Source: Podarcis tiliguerta (lineage: Eukaryota). Taken from it: 64,000 nt of DNA. Of the stretch, positions 39,006 to 52,100 are shown in pieces. Position 1 is the first letter of the stretch. Each line of letters opens with the position of its first letter. The stretch lies in the NCBI GenBank assembly GCA_965153285.1, contig OZ229111.1; one strand, 5' to 3'. The position numbers and the translations under genes were made by a program. The notes under the pieces were generated by a model, which saw only the letters and a program-made list of their open reading frames with translations, was not told the origin of the DNA and did no database searches.

Positions 39006-39588
39006 CTGTGAAGACATAAGATAACAAAGAGTTAGCTTTGCTAAATATGTCTTGCATTTAACCCCATGATAAAATAACTGAGTGTTTTTCAGTACAAAAT
39101 TGGAACCATAGCTAATTTCAGCAGAAGAAATATATTCATTTGGTCACAACACACTTTAGACTCAAATGGGTACTCTAGAAAATTAATAGTATTGTTAATC
39201 AATTGCCTTCCATATATGGCCAAAGGCAATGTACAAAGTATAATAAAAACAACTAAAAATACTTGAAAACAGAAGTTGAGTTTTAAAACAAGACAAAGTA
39301 GACAGCCTTAGCAGAGACATATTCATCCAGCTGGGAAACTTTGTGGGAACAAAAATGTCTTCAGTTGTTTCTGCTAAGTGCTGATAATGGATACATGGAT
39401 TAGTGTGAACTGGGCAAAATGTATGCAATTAAAACAGCCTAAATTTTGGAAAATAAATTTATAGACAAATTATTATTCAATTAAAATGCACTTTTCAAGA
39501 AAAAGTCCTCTTCTGCACATTTGCTTAACCCTGATTTAAAATACATGATGGTACAATAGTCCTGAAAGGAGAGGGATATAAAAGTTAC

Positions 39589-39752
39589 CTGCTGTGCTGA
39601 GAGGCATCCAATGCCAAGAAATGAAGAGTTGGGAATGCTCGGGGCAAAGAATTAAAATGAGGAGCCAGATTGGCAGAGAAACGGCACCAAGGAGTATAAA
39701 ACAGGACTAAGGTACAGTCACTGCCATTTGGATTTAAGAACTCCATTAAATC
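39589..39752 (-). CDS. TXNDC15: TXNDC15 exon 3 (thioredoxin active-site region)
   Basis: 164 nt; [54 protein letters not shown]; atypical CRFS motif. Confidence 0.97.
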
Positions 39753-40730
39753 CTGCAAGAGAAGGAGAAAAGTGACTTTTTAAAGGCATAATGGGAACTT
39801 ATTTAACTTAGTATTGTTCACGTTAATTATCCTGATCTCAACAAGGCGGTGAAATACTTCTACGTGCAAGGTGAACTTGGTCAATTCAGGTTAAAAAATT
39901 TATTACCTGCACAACAGTTTTTAAATGACTTAGGGAGCTTTTAACTTTCATTGCAACCATGAAGTTCAGGAGATATTTTGACATTCACCTACTTGCCACC
40001 ATCAGCAGAGACACAACCCACAACCTCATCGCAGGTATAGGCCAAATTTGGCCGGCCAGGTTATTTTGGAGGACCCACACCTGCTCAACCATACACCCAC
40101 CCTACACCCAATGTCATACTGGTAAGAGTAGGGCTTCCAAAGGAGCAACCAACAGCTTAAGCAACCTCCTGGTTATTTCTTTACTGGAGCAAGGCATGTT
40201 TCTTTGCTGGAGTAAGGCATCAGCTGATAAGCAGTAGGAACGCACCTTGCTTAAGGAGGAAGACGCAGTTTCCGTGAAATAGAAATTGCCTCTCCCTCCT
40301 AGGACTGCTCTTTGAAGCAGCCCCCACAATCCCTTTCAACTTCCAAAATCAGAAGTTGAAAGGAGCAGTGTGTGGCAATTTGCAGAGAGTTCAGTTTGGC
40401 TATGCACAACTGTTCCCACACCCACCTGCCAAATTTGGCCCACCAGAGGGTAGGGAGATAACTATCTGTCCTGCCAGCCAGAAAAAGTGAGGTGGTCTAA
40501 AGTGAGATGTAAAGGAAGTAGTATAAGGTGCAGCCTTTAGGCTTGAGGAAAACAAATACAGAATATACATAGAACCCATCCTTTTTCTTCCTGAATAATT
40601 TTATTCAAGCAAGTTATGCCATCCACATTTATACAAAAAATTCTGATAATAAGAAGACAAATGAAAAAAAACTCTTAAATTAAAATAATTTAAATATATA
40701 TAAAAATCAATTAGAGTGCTTTCCACTTAC

Positions 40731-41221
40731 TTGTGAAATATTCAAGATTTGTAATGTGAAGTTTGTTATCCCTGTAATGTTTCTTTCCTCACAATTCACT
40801 TTTGGGGTTTTCATACCATCTGTGCTATTAGAGTCCTCTCCTGATGAAGGATGCACTGCTTCCAGAACTACAGGTGAATCTATTACTTGCTCTTGTATAG
40901 GAGACCCAGGTTGAGATAAAAATGAAACAATACCCTGCGTACTGCATTCACCATCAACGGCTGCATCACAGGTGCCGGTGTCATGCTCCAAGACATGTCT
41001 CTCCTTGGACTCACCTGGAACAACTGACAGAACTACAGGCTCAGCTGCAGGTATGCTGCTACCCATCATAGCATCAGCTATCTCTGCAGTCCTGTACTGT
41101 ACCGATTCTTTAGGCCCATCGCTGCTTGCAGGTACAGCACTGCTTTTCACAGCGAATGGTACAGCAGTTTCACTTAACTTTTCAGATGGCGAGTCAGTGG
41201 TTTCTTCCATTTCAGCTACTG
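40731..41221 (-). CDS. TXNDC15: TXNDC15 exon 2 (acidic low-complexity lumenal region)
   Basis: 491 nt open frame ending KVNCEERNITGITNFTLQILNISQ with GTAAGT donor; the acceptor may be at 41221, 41218 or 41215. Confidence 0.93.
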
Positions 41222-41443
41222 CTACAAAAAATACAAGGACATATAACATATTTAGTGCTGAACAATAGGAGTACATCTATCTTTATTCAACGCAACAACG
41301 CAGCAGTGGGTGGAACTTACAATCCAATGTGTGAATTGAGGGGGCTCAAAGAAAGCAAACCGTTCAGCGAGGCTCACACACTGCAGCAACCACTGCCACC
41401 CTCACCTCACCATAAATACCAGCGTGGCATGAAATATTCAGTA

Positions 41444-41685
41444 CAGTGGTACCTCGGGTTACATACGCTTCAGGTTACATATGCTTCAGGTTACAGACTC
41501 CACTAACCCAGAAATATTACCTTGGGTTAAGAACTTTCCTTCAGGATAAGAACAGAAATCGTGCTCTAGCAGCACAGCAGCAGCAGGAGGCCCCATTAGC
41601 TAAAGTGGTGCTTCAGGTTAAGAACAGTTTCAGGTTAAGAACGGACCTCCGGAACGAATTAAGTACATAACCCGAGGTACCACTG
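41444..41685 (+). mobile_element. Tc1/mariner-type MITE, copy 2 (242 bp)
   Basis: Same TIRs and TA flanks as 14623-14864. Confidence 0.92.
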
Positions 41686-42129
41686 TATTGTTGACCAAAG
41701 CCCAGTGTCATTTTTTATGAAGTCTTTCTTTGTACTGTAGATAATAGACCCCATCCAAGATATGTACAGAAAAGAAACATACAACAAAAAAACCAGAATC
41801 TTGCCACCCAAGAATACAAGTTCAACTTTGGCTACCACTCTACATATTCTACTACAGCAGGGGTGGCCAACCCCTAGGACCCGCAAGCACATTTCAAGCT
41901 TATAAAACAAGAGTACACAACACTAGATCTTTCACTTAGGCATCTGCTCCCGAGCATGCATGCAGCCTCGCTAAAGCAGCGCTTGGTTTGCTGGATCAAA
42001 CGAAGTCGCACGTAGGCCTGCAAGTTTCACAAGCGCAAGACTACATTTTACCTTCTACCCTATCTTGTTTGTTCTCCAGAGAGAGAAACAGGAGAAAGAG
42101 GAGTTGCTTCCTACTTCTCCAAAGCATTT

Positions 42130-42620
42130 AAAAAAGAAACAGCAGCAAGGGGTGGCGACGCGAGCCTAGCTGGCTCGCCCCCCCATTCCCCACAGGTGCA
42201 CGAAGGAGGCACGCAGCCTGTCCTCAGCATCTCCGCTCAGCTGCCCCTTCCCCCGGCGGTGCTACCATAGCAGCCGAGCCCTCCTTACCTGCAAGAAGAC
42301 TTGCGAGCAGCCAGGCCAGCCAGAGGCCCCGCCCCCGCCCGCGCGAGGACAAGACCTTCATCCTCGCAAGGGAGGGGGGAGCTGGGAGAGGGGGGCAAGG
42401 AAAAGACCCGGCGGATCAACCGGAAAACAAGGTCCAGTCCCACAACAGCCGCTTCCGCTCTCCACTCGTTTCCGTTTCCGGGGCACCACGAAAACAAACA
42501 AACTCTATGGAGCTTGAAAAATCCTTTTGTCCGCTGGCGGACCGGATGTCCTGACTGTTTCTCTCCAGGACCCGACTGTGCCTCGCTCGGCAGCAGGCGG
42601 CAGTGCAGAAACCCAGGACC
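42130..42620 (-). promoter_or_regulatory. TXNDC15 CpG-island promoter with ETS/GABP-type CGGAA cluster
   Basis: GC/CpG-rich; CCGGAA, CTTCCG, TTTCCGTTTCCGG and ACCGGATGT between about 42420 and 42550. Confidence 0.75.
42289..42361 (-). CDS. TXNDC15: TXNDC15 exon 1 (signal peptide)
   Basis: AGGATG start; MKVLSSRGRGRGLWLAWLLASLLA(G) then GTAAGG donor, phase 1; total CDS 1056 nt = 351 aa + stop. Confidence 0.88.
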
Positions 42621-42726
42621 TTGCCCATGTCAGGATTTGCCAGCACTGTATCTGTCTACCCCGTTTTCTAACTGTTGTGCAAGAAGAAATAAAGTGCCTG
42701 TTATTATTATCGCCGTATTGCAGTTT

Positions 42727-42805
42727 GGGGTGGCTGGGGAAACCCAGCCGGATGGGCGGAGTATAAATATTATCATCATCATTATTATTATTATTATTAT
42801 TATTA
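42727..42805 (+). repeat. LINE 3' tail remnant with (ATC)/(ATT)n microsatellite
   Basis: GTGGCTGGGGAAACCCAGCCGGATGGGCGG, as in the L2/CR1-clade tails elsewhere in the window, then (ATT)n. Confidence 0.75.
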
Positions 42806-44460
42806 GTTTAGTTTATCTGCCACCAACTTACGAGGGTGGGAAGAGAGTTCGACTGAGGCAGAGAGCTCTGTGACAATCCTGGCCTTGGTACTTTTGTCTC
42901 CCCAGCACAGATCTAAGCTAAGGAGAGCTCAGATAAAAATCGGGATTTTCCTTCCCTGTGGCAATCCCCATAAAGATCCCCGATGCGGCTGCCATTTTTA
43001 CCGTGGGAGGAGCCTTTGTTATTATCGATTTGCTTGTGGCTGCCACCTTGGGTCTGTCCGGAAACGGAATCCAAACCAGACGAGGGGCCGTCTAAAAGGG
43101 ACGGCTCGAAACCGGGCGTCTCCCCGATACATGAGGCAGCCTGAAAGGAAAAGGAGGCGTAGAACTGCGCAGCATGGGAAATGCAGCCTGTAGCGGTCGC
43201 TATAGGGCTGCTAAATGCATAGGAAGGAAAAAGAACAATACCCACTGCCGACGCCAAGCAATAACAATGAATTTACGATAGTTGTCGCAAATTGAAAGTA
43301 TTTAAAGCATTAAACCAAAATCGATTCCGCAGCACTCTGCATCCCGAGGCGGCAACATTGTTTACAACCCGCAGAATACTTTGCCCAGCCTCCAGGCGAG
43401 TATTCTGCTGCAGAGGCAATTATTTATTTACGGTAATATAGCCCTGCCTTCTACTGATTCTACGGAAGCTGATGTTAGTTTGATCTAGCTTGAACGCCTC
43501 CCCCTAATTAAGACACAGCAATAACATCTTCATACAGTTTGGGGCTCTGTAAATGAGTTGCAGTATCAGTGTCGTAGAAGAGTAGAAGTTCCTAAAGTTG
43601 GGTTCATTTACAGCAGCAGCAGCAAAACAAACAAAACACCTGCTGTAAGGAGATTCAATTTCTGCACCCAGACAACAGCAGTCAACATTTCGGATATTGA
43701 GTGTGCTGGCTGGCAATGATAACGTGGTCTCCTTCTAAAACATACCACTGCAATAACGCAGATCTTTCGGAACGTGATAAAGCAGAATAAACTATGACCA
43801 GTGGTTACCTAACACAACTTATGCCTTTAGGTAGGCAAGCAGAGCTCTTTAGTAGAGATGTTAAAAATGAACTTTTTACATGCAAAATATGTTCCCTTTC
43901 AGTGAACTAGGAGCTTTGTCTCTTAGAAGGGACACTAAGCATACACACCATACATTTAAATCACATTTAGCACACACTGCCCCCCCCAAAAAAAATTCCT
44001 GGGAACAATAGTTTAACCCTCAAAGAGCTAGCATTCCCAGCACTCTTAACAAACTAAAGTTCCCAGAATTCTTTGAGTGAAATAATCTGCTTTAAATGTA
44101 TGGCTATTTTGGTGCTTTGAAAATATTTCCTGTCCTCAGTATTATTATGAAAGAAAAATAACTTCTAAGAAATACTGTTGTGATAATATTAAGGAAGCCA
44201 ATTTATTTGGTTATTTCTACCACACATTAAAGTGGCTAGGATCTGACCAACAGTGGCCACACTCAACCTGTAAAATGCTCAGTTATTCCAACATGGAGCT
44301 AGCAGAACTGATTTGATTCTAATATTTGAAGCTGCTGTAGTCTTCACGTGTAAGCAATGTCTAGAGTGACATGACTAAAGGACCCCTAGATTATCCCAAA
44401 GATTCACCCACTGTCTTGTGCTGATATCTATGCTAATTAGCCTTTATTCTAATTATATTA

Positions 44461-44713
44461 CGGTATTGGCCCGAATATAAGCTGCACCTTTAAAATTCGG
44501 GGGGGGGGGGAGAGGAAAAAAAGACAATACCCGAATATAAGCCGCTCCCTTAAAATTCCGCTGGCACTCACACCTGTTCCATTTTACCGTATGTGTTTCA
44601 GCAGTGATATTGTAAAAGCCAGTTTTTGTAAGGTCACGAATTTAAGCCACTCTTTTAACTTTTCACGGTCGGAATTTGGGAAAGAAGTGAGGCTTATATT
44701 CAGGCCAATACGG
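44461..44713. mobile_element. Tc1/mariner-pogo-type MITE (253 bp)
   Basis: 22-bp TIRs C(G/C)GTATTGGCC(C/T)GAATATAAGC, TA flanks, internal repeat of the inner TIR segment. Confidence 0.85.
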
Positions 44714-44789
44714 TACATAGAAATAACTTCCAATGGAAGACAGTGAGGCATACTTATTTTACAGACATTTGAAGATCATAACTTTGTGG

Positions 44790-44958
44790 TACAGGCTTAC
44801 AGCATCTGCATTACATGCAGAAGATCTCAGGTTCAGTCCTCAGCATCTCCAGGTAGAGTTGGGGAAGAACCTTGCCTGAAATCTAGTTAGTGTAAACAAT
44901 ACTGAGCTACATAGACCCATGGTCTGACTCAGCATAAGATAGTTTTCCATATGCCTAT
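44790..44958 (+). mobile_element. Squamate tRNA-related SINE (Squam3-like), degenerate
   Basis: Similar to 18766-18928. Confidence 0.55.
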
Positions 44959-46712
44959 GATAATTCCAAAGCCAGCATACAAAAATGATTATCATAGAAT
45001 CATAGAGTTGGAAGTGACCCTGAGGGTCATGCAGGAATCGTGCCCACAGCTGTCCCTGTGTAGGCTCAAACCACCAACCTTCTGTTTAACAGCCAGACAC
45101 ACTAAAGTTAAACCATTTGTGCTACCTCAAGTGGTTTGTCTGGTCTATGTGCTCATGTGTGGGCATGCTGCTGCATATTGCTCTGCAGTTGGAGTAGGGA
45201 AACTTTGGCTCTCCAGTTGTTACTGAACTAGCATGCATGGCCAATTATCATGTTTGCATGTGCTATCTTCCTGAGTCTTGCATGTGTGCTTGCTCATGTT
45301 TGCATGTGATGTTCTCATGATTATTGGGTGGGTAGGTAGGAGACAGACAGACAGATAGAACGAAGGGCTGCCATGACCAGATGATCCTTTGGGTTCCTTC
45401 CAACTCTACAGTTCTCTGATTCTATTATTTGATTTTATGTCACTGGTTTGGCTCACTTCCTCAAGTGTGTTGTTCTATAACTCATCTCTTTTGGTATCTC
45501 TGCTATGTTAACTTAATTTTCAGTCTCAGATAATAAAGGATTGAATTCCAAGGCTATTGTCTCAGCTTTACTTCTTCCTCTCCAGACAGCTAATCAAATG
45601 GGACTACAGGACAAACTAGGAACAAACTAAAAACATCAACAATATGAAGATGGCCTACCTTGTAGGGGCAATATCTAATTGTGAATTTCAATACTTTAAA
45701 TCACTGCAGATTTATGTATTATAGACAAGTCATCACAATCATTGGCCTTAGGTTAATTCAATTCCATTTTCAAAAAATATCCATTAAAAACAAAAAGCTA
45801 TTTTAGGATCAAAATGCTTTTCTAAGTACAACGTAAGAGCCTGTAGAATGCATTTTTCTGCAAGCATGACTCGTTAGTTAGGGTACAGTGGCTTAACTTG
45901 CAATTGCCTTGCTTTTTAGCACATGAATTTAATTCCTAAGCATGTAAAATTTTCTCTTAAACCAAAGTTTGTTTGATTGTTTTATCCAAGAACAAATATA
46001 ATGGGAAAGATGCAGCAAAGGAACATGAATAGTCCATAGATTTATTGTTTATACTTATCTAGGGAAGCATATGCAACAACCTACTTTGGCACTGTTGGAT
46101 AACCAGACTCTCATACATCATCTCTTTCTTTTCATAGCTACCCAGCAGACTTGAAATGGCCCAAATTCAGTGCACTTTAATGTAAAATTTATGAGAATTC
46201 CGAAACAGAATAGAGTTCCCCGCACACTGTTTGCAATTGTATGTTCCAAATAAACTAGGTTTTGTATTTATTTCTACCATGACAAAAAGTATTAACTTAT
46301 TCATTAGATGGATATTATGCCAAAGAAGCCATAAAGTGGTACAGAATAATACCCATCTGCCTTTAGACCCTGCTAACAACCTAAAGCGCTCTCACTTGCA
46401 AGTTATATTTTGCTTTTAATCTTTGGAAGATTTTACAATGACGTAACTTACAACAAACTTAGAAAATAGGTTACTGTAGATTTTTTTAAAAAAACTTGCT
46501 GAGTCTAAAGAATATCCTTTTGGTATTACTTAAACATAAAGAAGAACCCTGGAAAAATGCAAAACAAAACATGCCTTAGAAAAAGAAAGCCCTTTTATCC
46601 AGGCACTTGATCCTGGAAATTATAGATTTGTTTAAGGCAGGTTTGGTTAGCAGTTGTATCTTGCAGTTTATCTATTAGTCTGCTTCATTGGGATCAGAAA
46701 CGCACAGGTGAT

Positions 46713-46869
46713 AATTGCCAATAACGTGAACAATTGAAAGGGATATTTAAGATCATGGGTGGGGAGCTTGTGGCCCTCCAGATGTTGCTGAGCTCCAAAT
46801 CCCATCAACCCCAGGCAGCATGGCCATGCTCTTAAACATCTCTTTCAATTGTTCACATTATTGGCAATT
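46713..46869. repeat. Inverted repeat (40-bp arms) around half a MITE
   Basis: 46713-46752 vs 46830-46869, 3 mismatches. Confidence 0.9.
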
Positions 46870-49149
46870 TGCTTTTCGGACACGAAGCATGCATAATTAT
46901 CTTTTATCTGCTGTGTGTCTCTGTCCCACCATGAAATGAATGCAGTGCTTGGGACCAAAAAAGATGTTCAGTTTTGATCCACACATGTCCATGCATAAAT
47001 AATATACTTTGTGAATGCCTTCCCATCTTACATTGGAGATGGGACCCATATGGGATTGGATCTCCTGTTGAAGTAAGTTCATTTGGATTCAATTCATGGT
47101 GTTTATGGAATATTAAGTAACTTATCCTGAAATAGTTATCTAACAGCTGTGATATGCATAAAAAAGGTGGGGTCTGCTTTCTGCTATTTAAAAAAAATAT
47201 CATAGAATGGTTTCTGCCCCCACCCTATATACCTGAATGATAACTTAAGGTGCAATTTTTGACATTTTTTCTGTCTTGTTATCAGTAAATACTCAGCGGT
47301 GTGTAGACCACCAAGGTGGTCAATTGTTTAAATATAGCTGTTTGGATAAAAGCCTCTTACTGAACCATAATTACCATAGCCAACAGGAACAATGCTAAAT
47401 TTTGATAGTTCAGATTTCCCCCTAATTATTATTGATATTGGAATTTTGCCACATCACAGCGATACATAGAAATGTCGAGATCTTTAAAGAGGACTACTCA
47501 TAACAACATATCTAGCAATACATCAGATATAACCCTACATATTCTAAATTTTAAGCAAAATTGTATCAAGTGCCTTACATAAATGGCATGAGCAGCACTA
47601 TAGTATAGCACCATTGTTAGCTGGATGTCTCTAAAATTTTGACTGCAAGAGGAATAAGAATCTAGAATAAGAAGAGGATTAAGAATCTGGTATTAGCTCA
47701 CAATTATCTACACTGGGTGACATGCAACATAATAAAATATTCTAAATTGCTTTGGGATGCCTCGTGGGAAGTGATTCATAGATGAAATAAATAATAGCTG
47801 CTGTAGGCCCTCCTCCCTTCTGCAGCCCCCCAAAAATTCCCTCTGTAGGGCGGGGTGGGGAAGAAGTCCATTCACATGACATTATATATCACCTATTGAC
47901 ATTGCAGACACAAGTCTTTCCCAATCCAACTTGGAGATGCTAAGGTAGAAACTTGGACATTCTGCATGCAAAGCACTGAACTACATCCCCTTTTTCTTTA
48001 TCAGGATGGGAAACATCCAACACACAAGACAAATTAGGCCCACCAGGACCCCCAGTTTTAACCTACAAGGCTGTATTCTCCAAGCCACACCCACCTGCCT
48101 CACACCTAACAGCTTAAGGTAACAGGTGTGGGGCAGGTAAAGTCACAACTGCAAAGAAACCACCAGGAGTCTTAAAGTGTGCTCTGAATTGTTCCTTGGC
48201 AAGCAAGACCTGCATTTAGTGCTTTTAAATGCAAAGACCACTGGGGTCAGCTCCACTCAGGAGCTCCCAATCAGAGCACCCAAGTGGAGCTGATCCCTGC
48301 CAAAACAGGGTGTACAATTAGCACTGCTTTCTTCAGAAGTCTTTGCGGCAGCAGTAGCAGCTTCAATTTCAAGCCAAGGCTACAAAGGAAGAAGGGAAGT
48401 CTCAGGAACGCACTTAAGAGTGTGCTGCTGATTCTTCCTTTTGGAGTTTCAATAAATGGCTGTCACATGACATCTGCCAGTCAAAAGTAGTCAGCAGAGG
48501 GTGGCTCAGATCTGGATCCAGCCTGCTGATCTGATCCGGTCCCCACCCCTCTTCTATATGCAATACCACTGTAAAAACGTTTTCCTTGTCAAATTACAGA
48601 GCAAGTCTGTTGATGTAAGCTGAAAGCCTACATATAATAAATTAAGTTCGGATAAATAAAAAACCTGAAGTCACTCAAACCAAGGTTTGAACTGTCACTA
48701 AAATTAATGCAAGGTGGTCTTATAACATTTCTGAAAGTCTTTCAAGAAATAGTGGGGCTGCAGTATTGCTGTTTATGGCCACTAAGACTATCTGCATTGC
48801 CAAGCATCCTAATTATGATTGGTAAGCTGGCCTGGAGATAACAAGCAGGAAGGGAGTAAGTAATCCCTATATGGTGGGCCCAATCCCTAATACTTTCAGA
48901 AAATAAAGTGGGGGAGAGAAGGGAGTTGGGAATTATTTTTGTTTGGAAAATATATCCATCTGATAAGAGAACAAGTGAGGGAAAGCATATAAAAAAGTAG
49001 TTCAAAACATTCCATTTTTTTTATGGGTAACAATTGAAGAGTTGCTTTATTCATCTGCAAAGCTGGTTAATTTAACAGGTGTTTGCTGGGTTTCAACTTA
49101 CACTGGGGGTGGGGGTGGCAAGAATATAAAACATACAGTAATAAAGTTA

Positions 49150-52100
49150 TTTGGTGTTTAAAGCAATTACTTTATTAATAAATATACATCCATATGATGA
49201 CGTAAATACAGATCATGAACACTACTCCATTCCCATACAGACAATTGCACACGAGTAGCTGAAGTTCATGGACATAAGAACATACACAGTATCTAATCAG
49301 ACTTTTTACAGCAGAAGACAGGGTGATAATTAATGAGCAACTGTTTCCACCAAAATAACCCATCCCATCAGAAAAGCAAACAGTGAAAGTTGAGAATCTT
49401 AAAATGGCCCATTTAAGCAGATTTCTGAAAATTTCATAAAATTACTATAACTTTCAAGATGAAATAGATTACACATCGCAGAACCTAGATTTATCTACCT
49501 GGAAAAAAATCAGAAGGAAAGGCCGCTCTAGTATTTTCTTACATGTATAATAATGTTTGAACTATGTTAAATATATGTATAATAATAAAACATAATGTGA
49601 ATATAAGTGGAATCCAAGAACTTTGATTACAAGAAACTGTTTTGTATTTAATAAATTGATTGATGCTGCTCTATACATACAGTAATAAAAACCAGAATGA
49701 CAACTTAGGAAAAAGCTGTAAAGTTATCTCTACTACTCTGTCTTTCAAAAGAAGGCAAAAGTTAATGCTCTGATATTAACTGCCTTCTGCATTGTAGATC
49801 AGGGAGTATCTCATCCCATATGCATTATCCTGACTTGCTGGGTTTGTCCCAAGACCAAAAGCAACTTCAAAGCATAACTGAAATGGACCACTGCAAAACA
49901 GAAATGCCAGATGAGTCCTGACCAGGAAGTTCTATTCTCAAAACTTGCAAAACATGAATTCATTTAAGAAAATTACCTGTATTTTTAAAAAATGCCACCT
50001 TCACAATAGTTAGCCCCTAATTAAACTTACAGCAGTGTGTGTGGTGTGTGTGTGTGTGTGTGTAAAGATTTTGAAAATATCCAGTGCAAGACTTCAAAAA
50101 TAGAAGTAAAATTATTTGGTTCTACGGTTTAAGTAAATTTCACCAGAAAGTGAACAGCAATTTCTGTAAGTGTTTAAAATAGCGGCTGTAGTATAGATCT
50201 CTCTTAATGCTTAATTATGCTAATTGCTTTATCAAAAAGTGAAAAAGGCTATTTTTAAATCAAAAGAAAAGTGAACACAAGTTTGACTTGTAGATTTTCT
50301 GAACAGTGCCAATACACATCAACAATCCTAGCTTATGAAGAGCAGAATTAAGGTATATAATATAAAATTATCAATTTGCTTTACAAATCATGTATTAATA
50401 CTACAAGGAGAAAGGGACATTCCTCCTCCCCCTCTCCAATAATATCAAAGTATAGGAATTAACATGCTGTTTCAGTGTTTGTCATGACAAGAGACAGTGT
50501 TACAAAAAAAAGAAAAGAAAAAGAAAAACACAATGTATTCTGGAGATTATATACAGGAGTAGCAAAAATATTTGAATATACCATTCAAACATCTCAAGTT
50601 CTTGACTTCTGTTTCCCCCCACAGCATGGCACTTGTAAACCGCAGTAGAGGATAAAATGAACTGGAATCAAGAAATGCCCAACAGTGTTTTTCTGGCCTC
50701 ATTAACAAATCCAGGCGTTAAACTGCCCTTTAGAGAAATGAAAGAGGATTTTTCTGGCCCCCCCTCCCAACTTACAATATTAAGTTGTTTTAATGGGTAA
50801 GTTTTCCATATGATATAATTAATAAGCACTATAAATGAACATAAATTGCTTAGATGAGTTCATTATTTTCTCAGCATATGTGAATACAAAATTCATTATA
50901 CTAGAGCAATAATGCATCTGCGTTGTCTCCCAACACACTGCACAACACCATTGAGGAGATGCACACGTGAGAAATAAAAGGGTAGCTTTAAAAAACAGGA
51001 GGAGGTAAGCAGAGTTACTCAAAGGTACATTGGTGACATGCAACTTGCTCCTTGCCAGTAAGGTGTGCCGTTCTTGTAGTTTTTACATTCAGCTGCTTTC
51101 CTAGAGAGAGTTCAGAAAGGGTCTGAAGCAGCCTCTGGGTTGGAAAAAAAAGAACCATCTAACAAAACAGCCAACACAATATATGTCCTGAGGGTGAACT
51201 AGCTCGCATTAGCACTGTGTGTGTCAGAAGTTGCACCACTGTGGGGAAAATTAATAAGAGTTTCATATTCCGAAGTTTCTTGAGGAAATATATAATGGAC
51301 TTCATAGCTTCAGCAAAAAATTATTTTACCAGCATTTAGCTGCCATTAGTTTACATGACTAAAGAGCCTTCCAGTACTGTTGAGGTTCAAGGTTGCCAGT
51401 GCATACAAAGTCCCCCCAAAACAATTCAACACACCTATTATAAAATACAGGATAAAGTCCAGCTCATTATGAGTTAGGCATCACTGGAACACCTGAAGGC
51501 TTGCTGCTTTTTTCCTGATAAAAAAGGCATGAAATGACATCCATTTCTTAAGTTGTCATTACTAAAATCAGAGTTGTCATCAAAATGTCAGCAGGCCACA
51601 ATATTTATCTTACAAAGGAAAAGAATCAATACTGTTCATTTTCATCTCTCTAATTAACCTGAAAGAAGTCTGTCCCCATGAATTTGCAAATATTTATCTA
51701 TAACCTCTCTCTTGCGTATTTGAAGATACAAATTTAAATTTTTAATCTATAACTATATGTAAACTTATTTTCAGAATAGCTTTAGTTCTAAAGAAATATT
51801 TGGAATATATTCAATATTGAGAGTTTATTCAGTTACAACGTAATGTGTGTATTATACATTGTCTCTCTCTCACACATACACATTTTAAAAAATAACAACA
51901 CATACCCAATTCAATGCAGAACATTTATTTTAGGTGCACAAAATGGCAAAATGTATGTATAGTTCTGCACCTCCATGCATAGATGTATTCCAATAGTTTG
52001 TTATATATCTGGGGTCTATAAACACATCAAATTGCAACTTGCTTGTGCATCAACTGTATCATTTCCAATTATGATCCATGAAATGTCATCCTTTGGTAGA

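Noticed and set aside
40439-40452. Additional CTCF-like matches (40439, about 15265, about 48492)
   Set aside because: Mismatches at high-information core positions.
42261-42274. RFX X-box-like GCTACCATAGCAGC just inside TXNDC15 intron 1 (a ciliopathy gene)
   Set aside because: Mismatches at key positions of both half-sites; not supportable without conservation or ChIP data.
42301-43257. 190-aa and other ORFs at the TXNDC15 promoter, a possible divergent gene
   Set aside because: GC-rich; the poly-Ile comes from an (ATT)n microsatellite; no exon structure or homology recognised.
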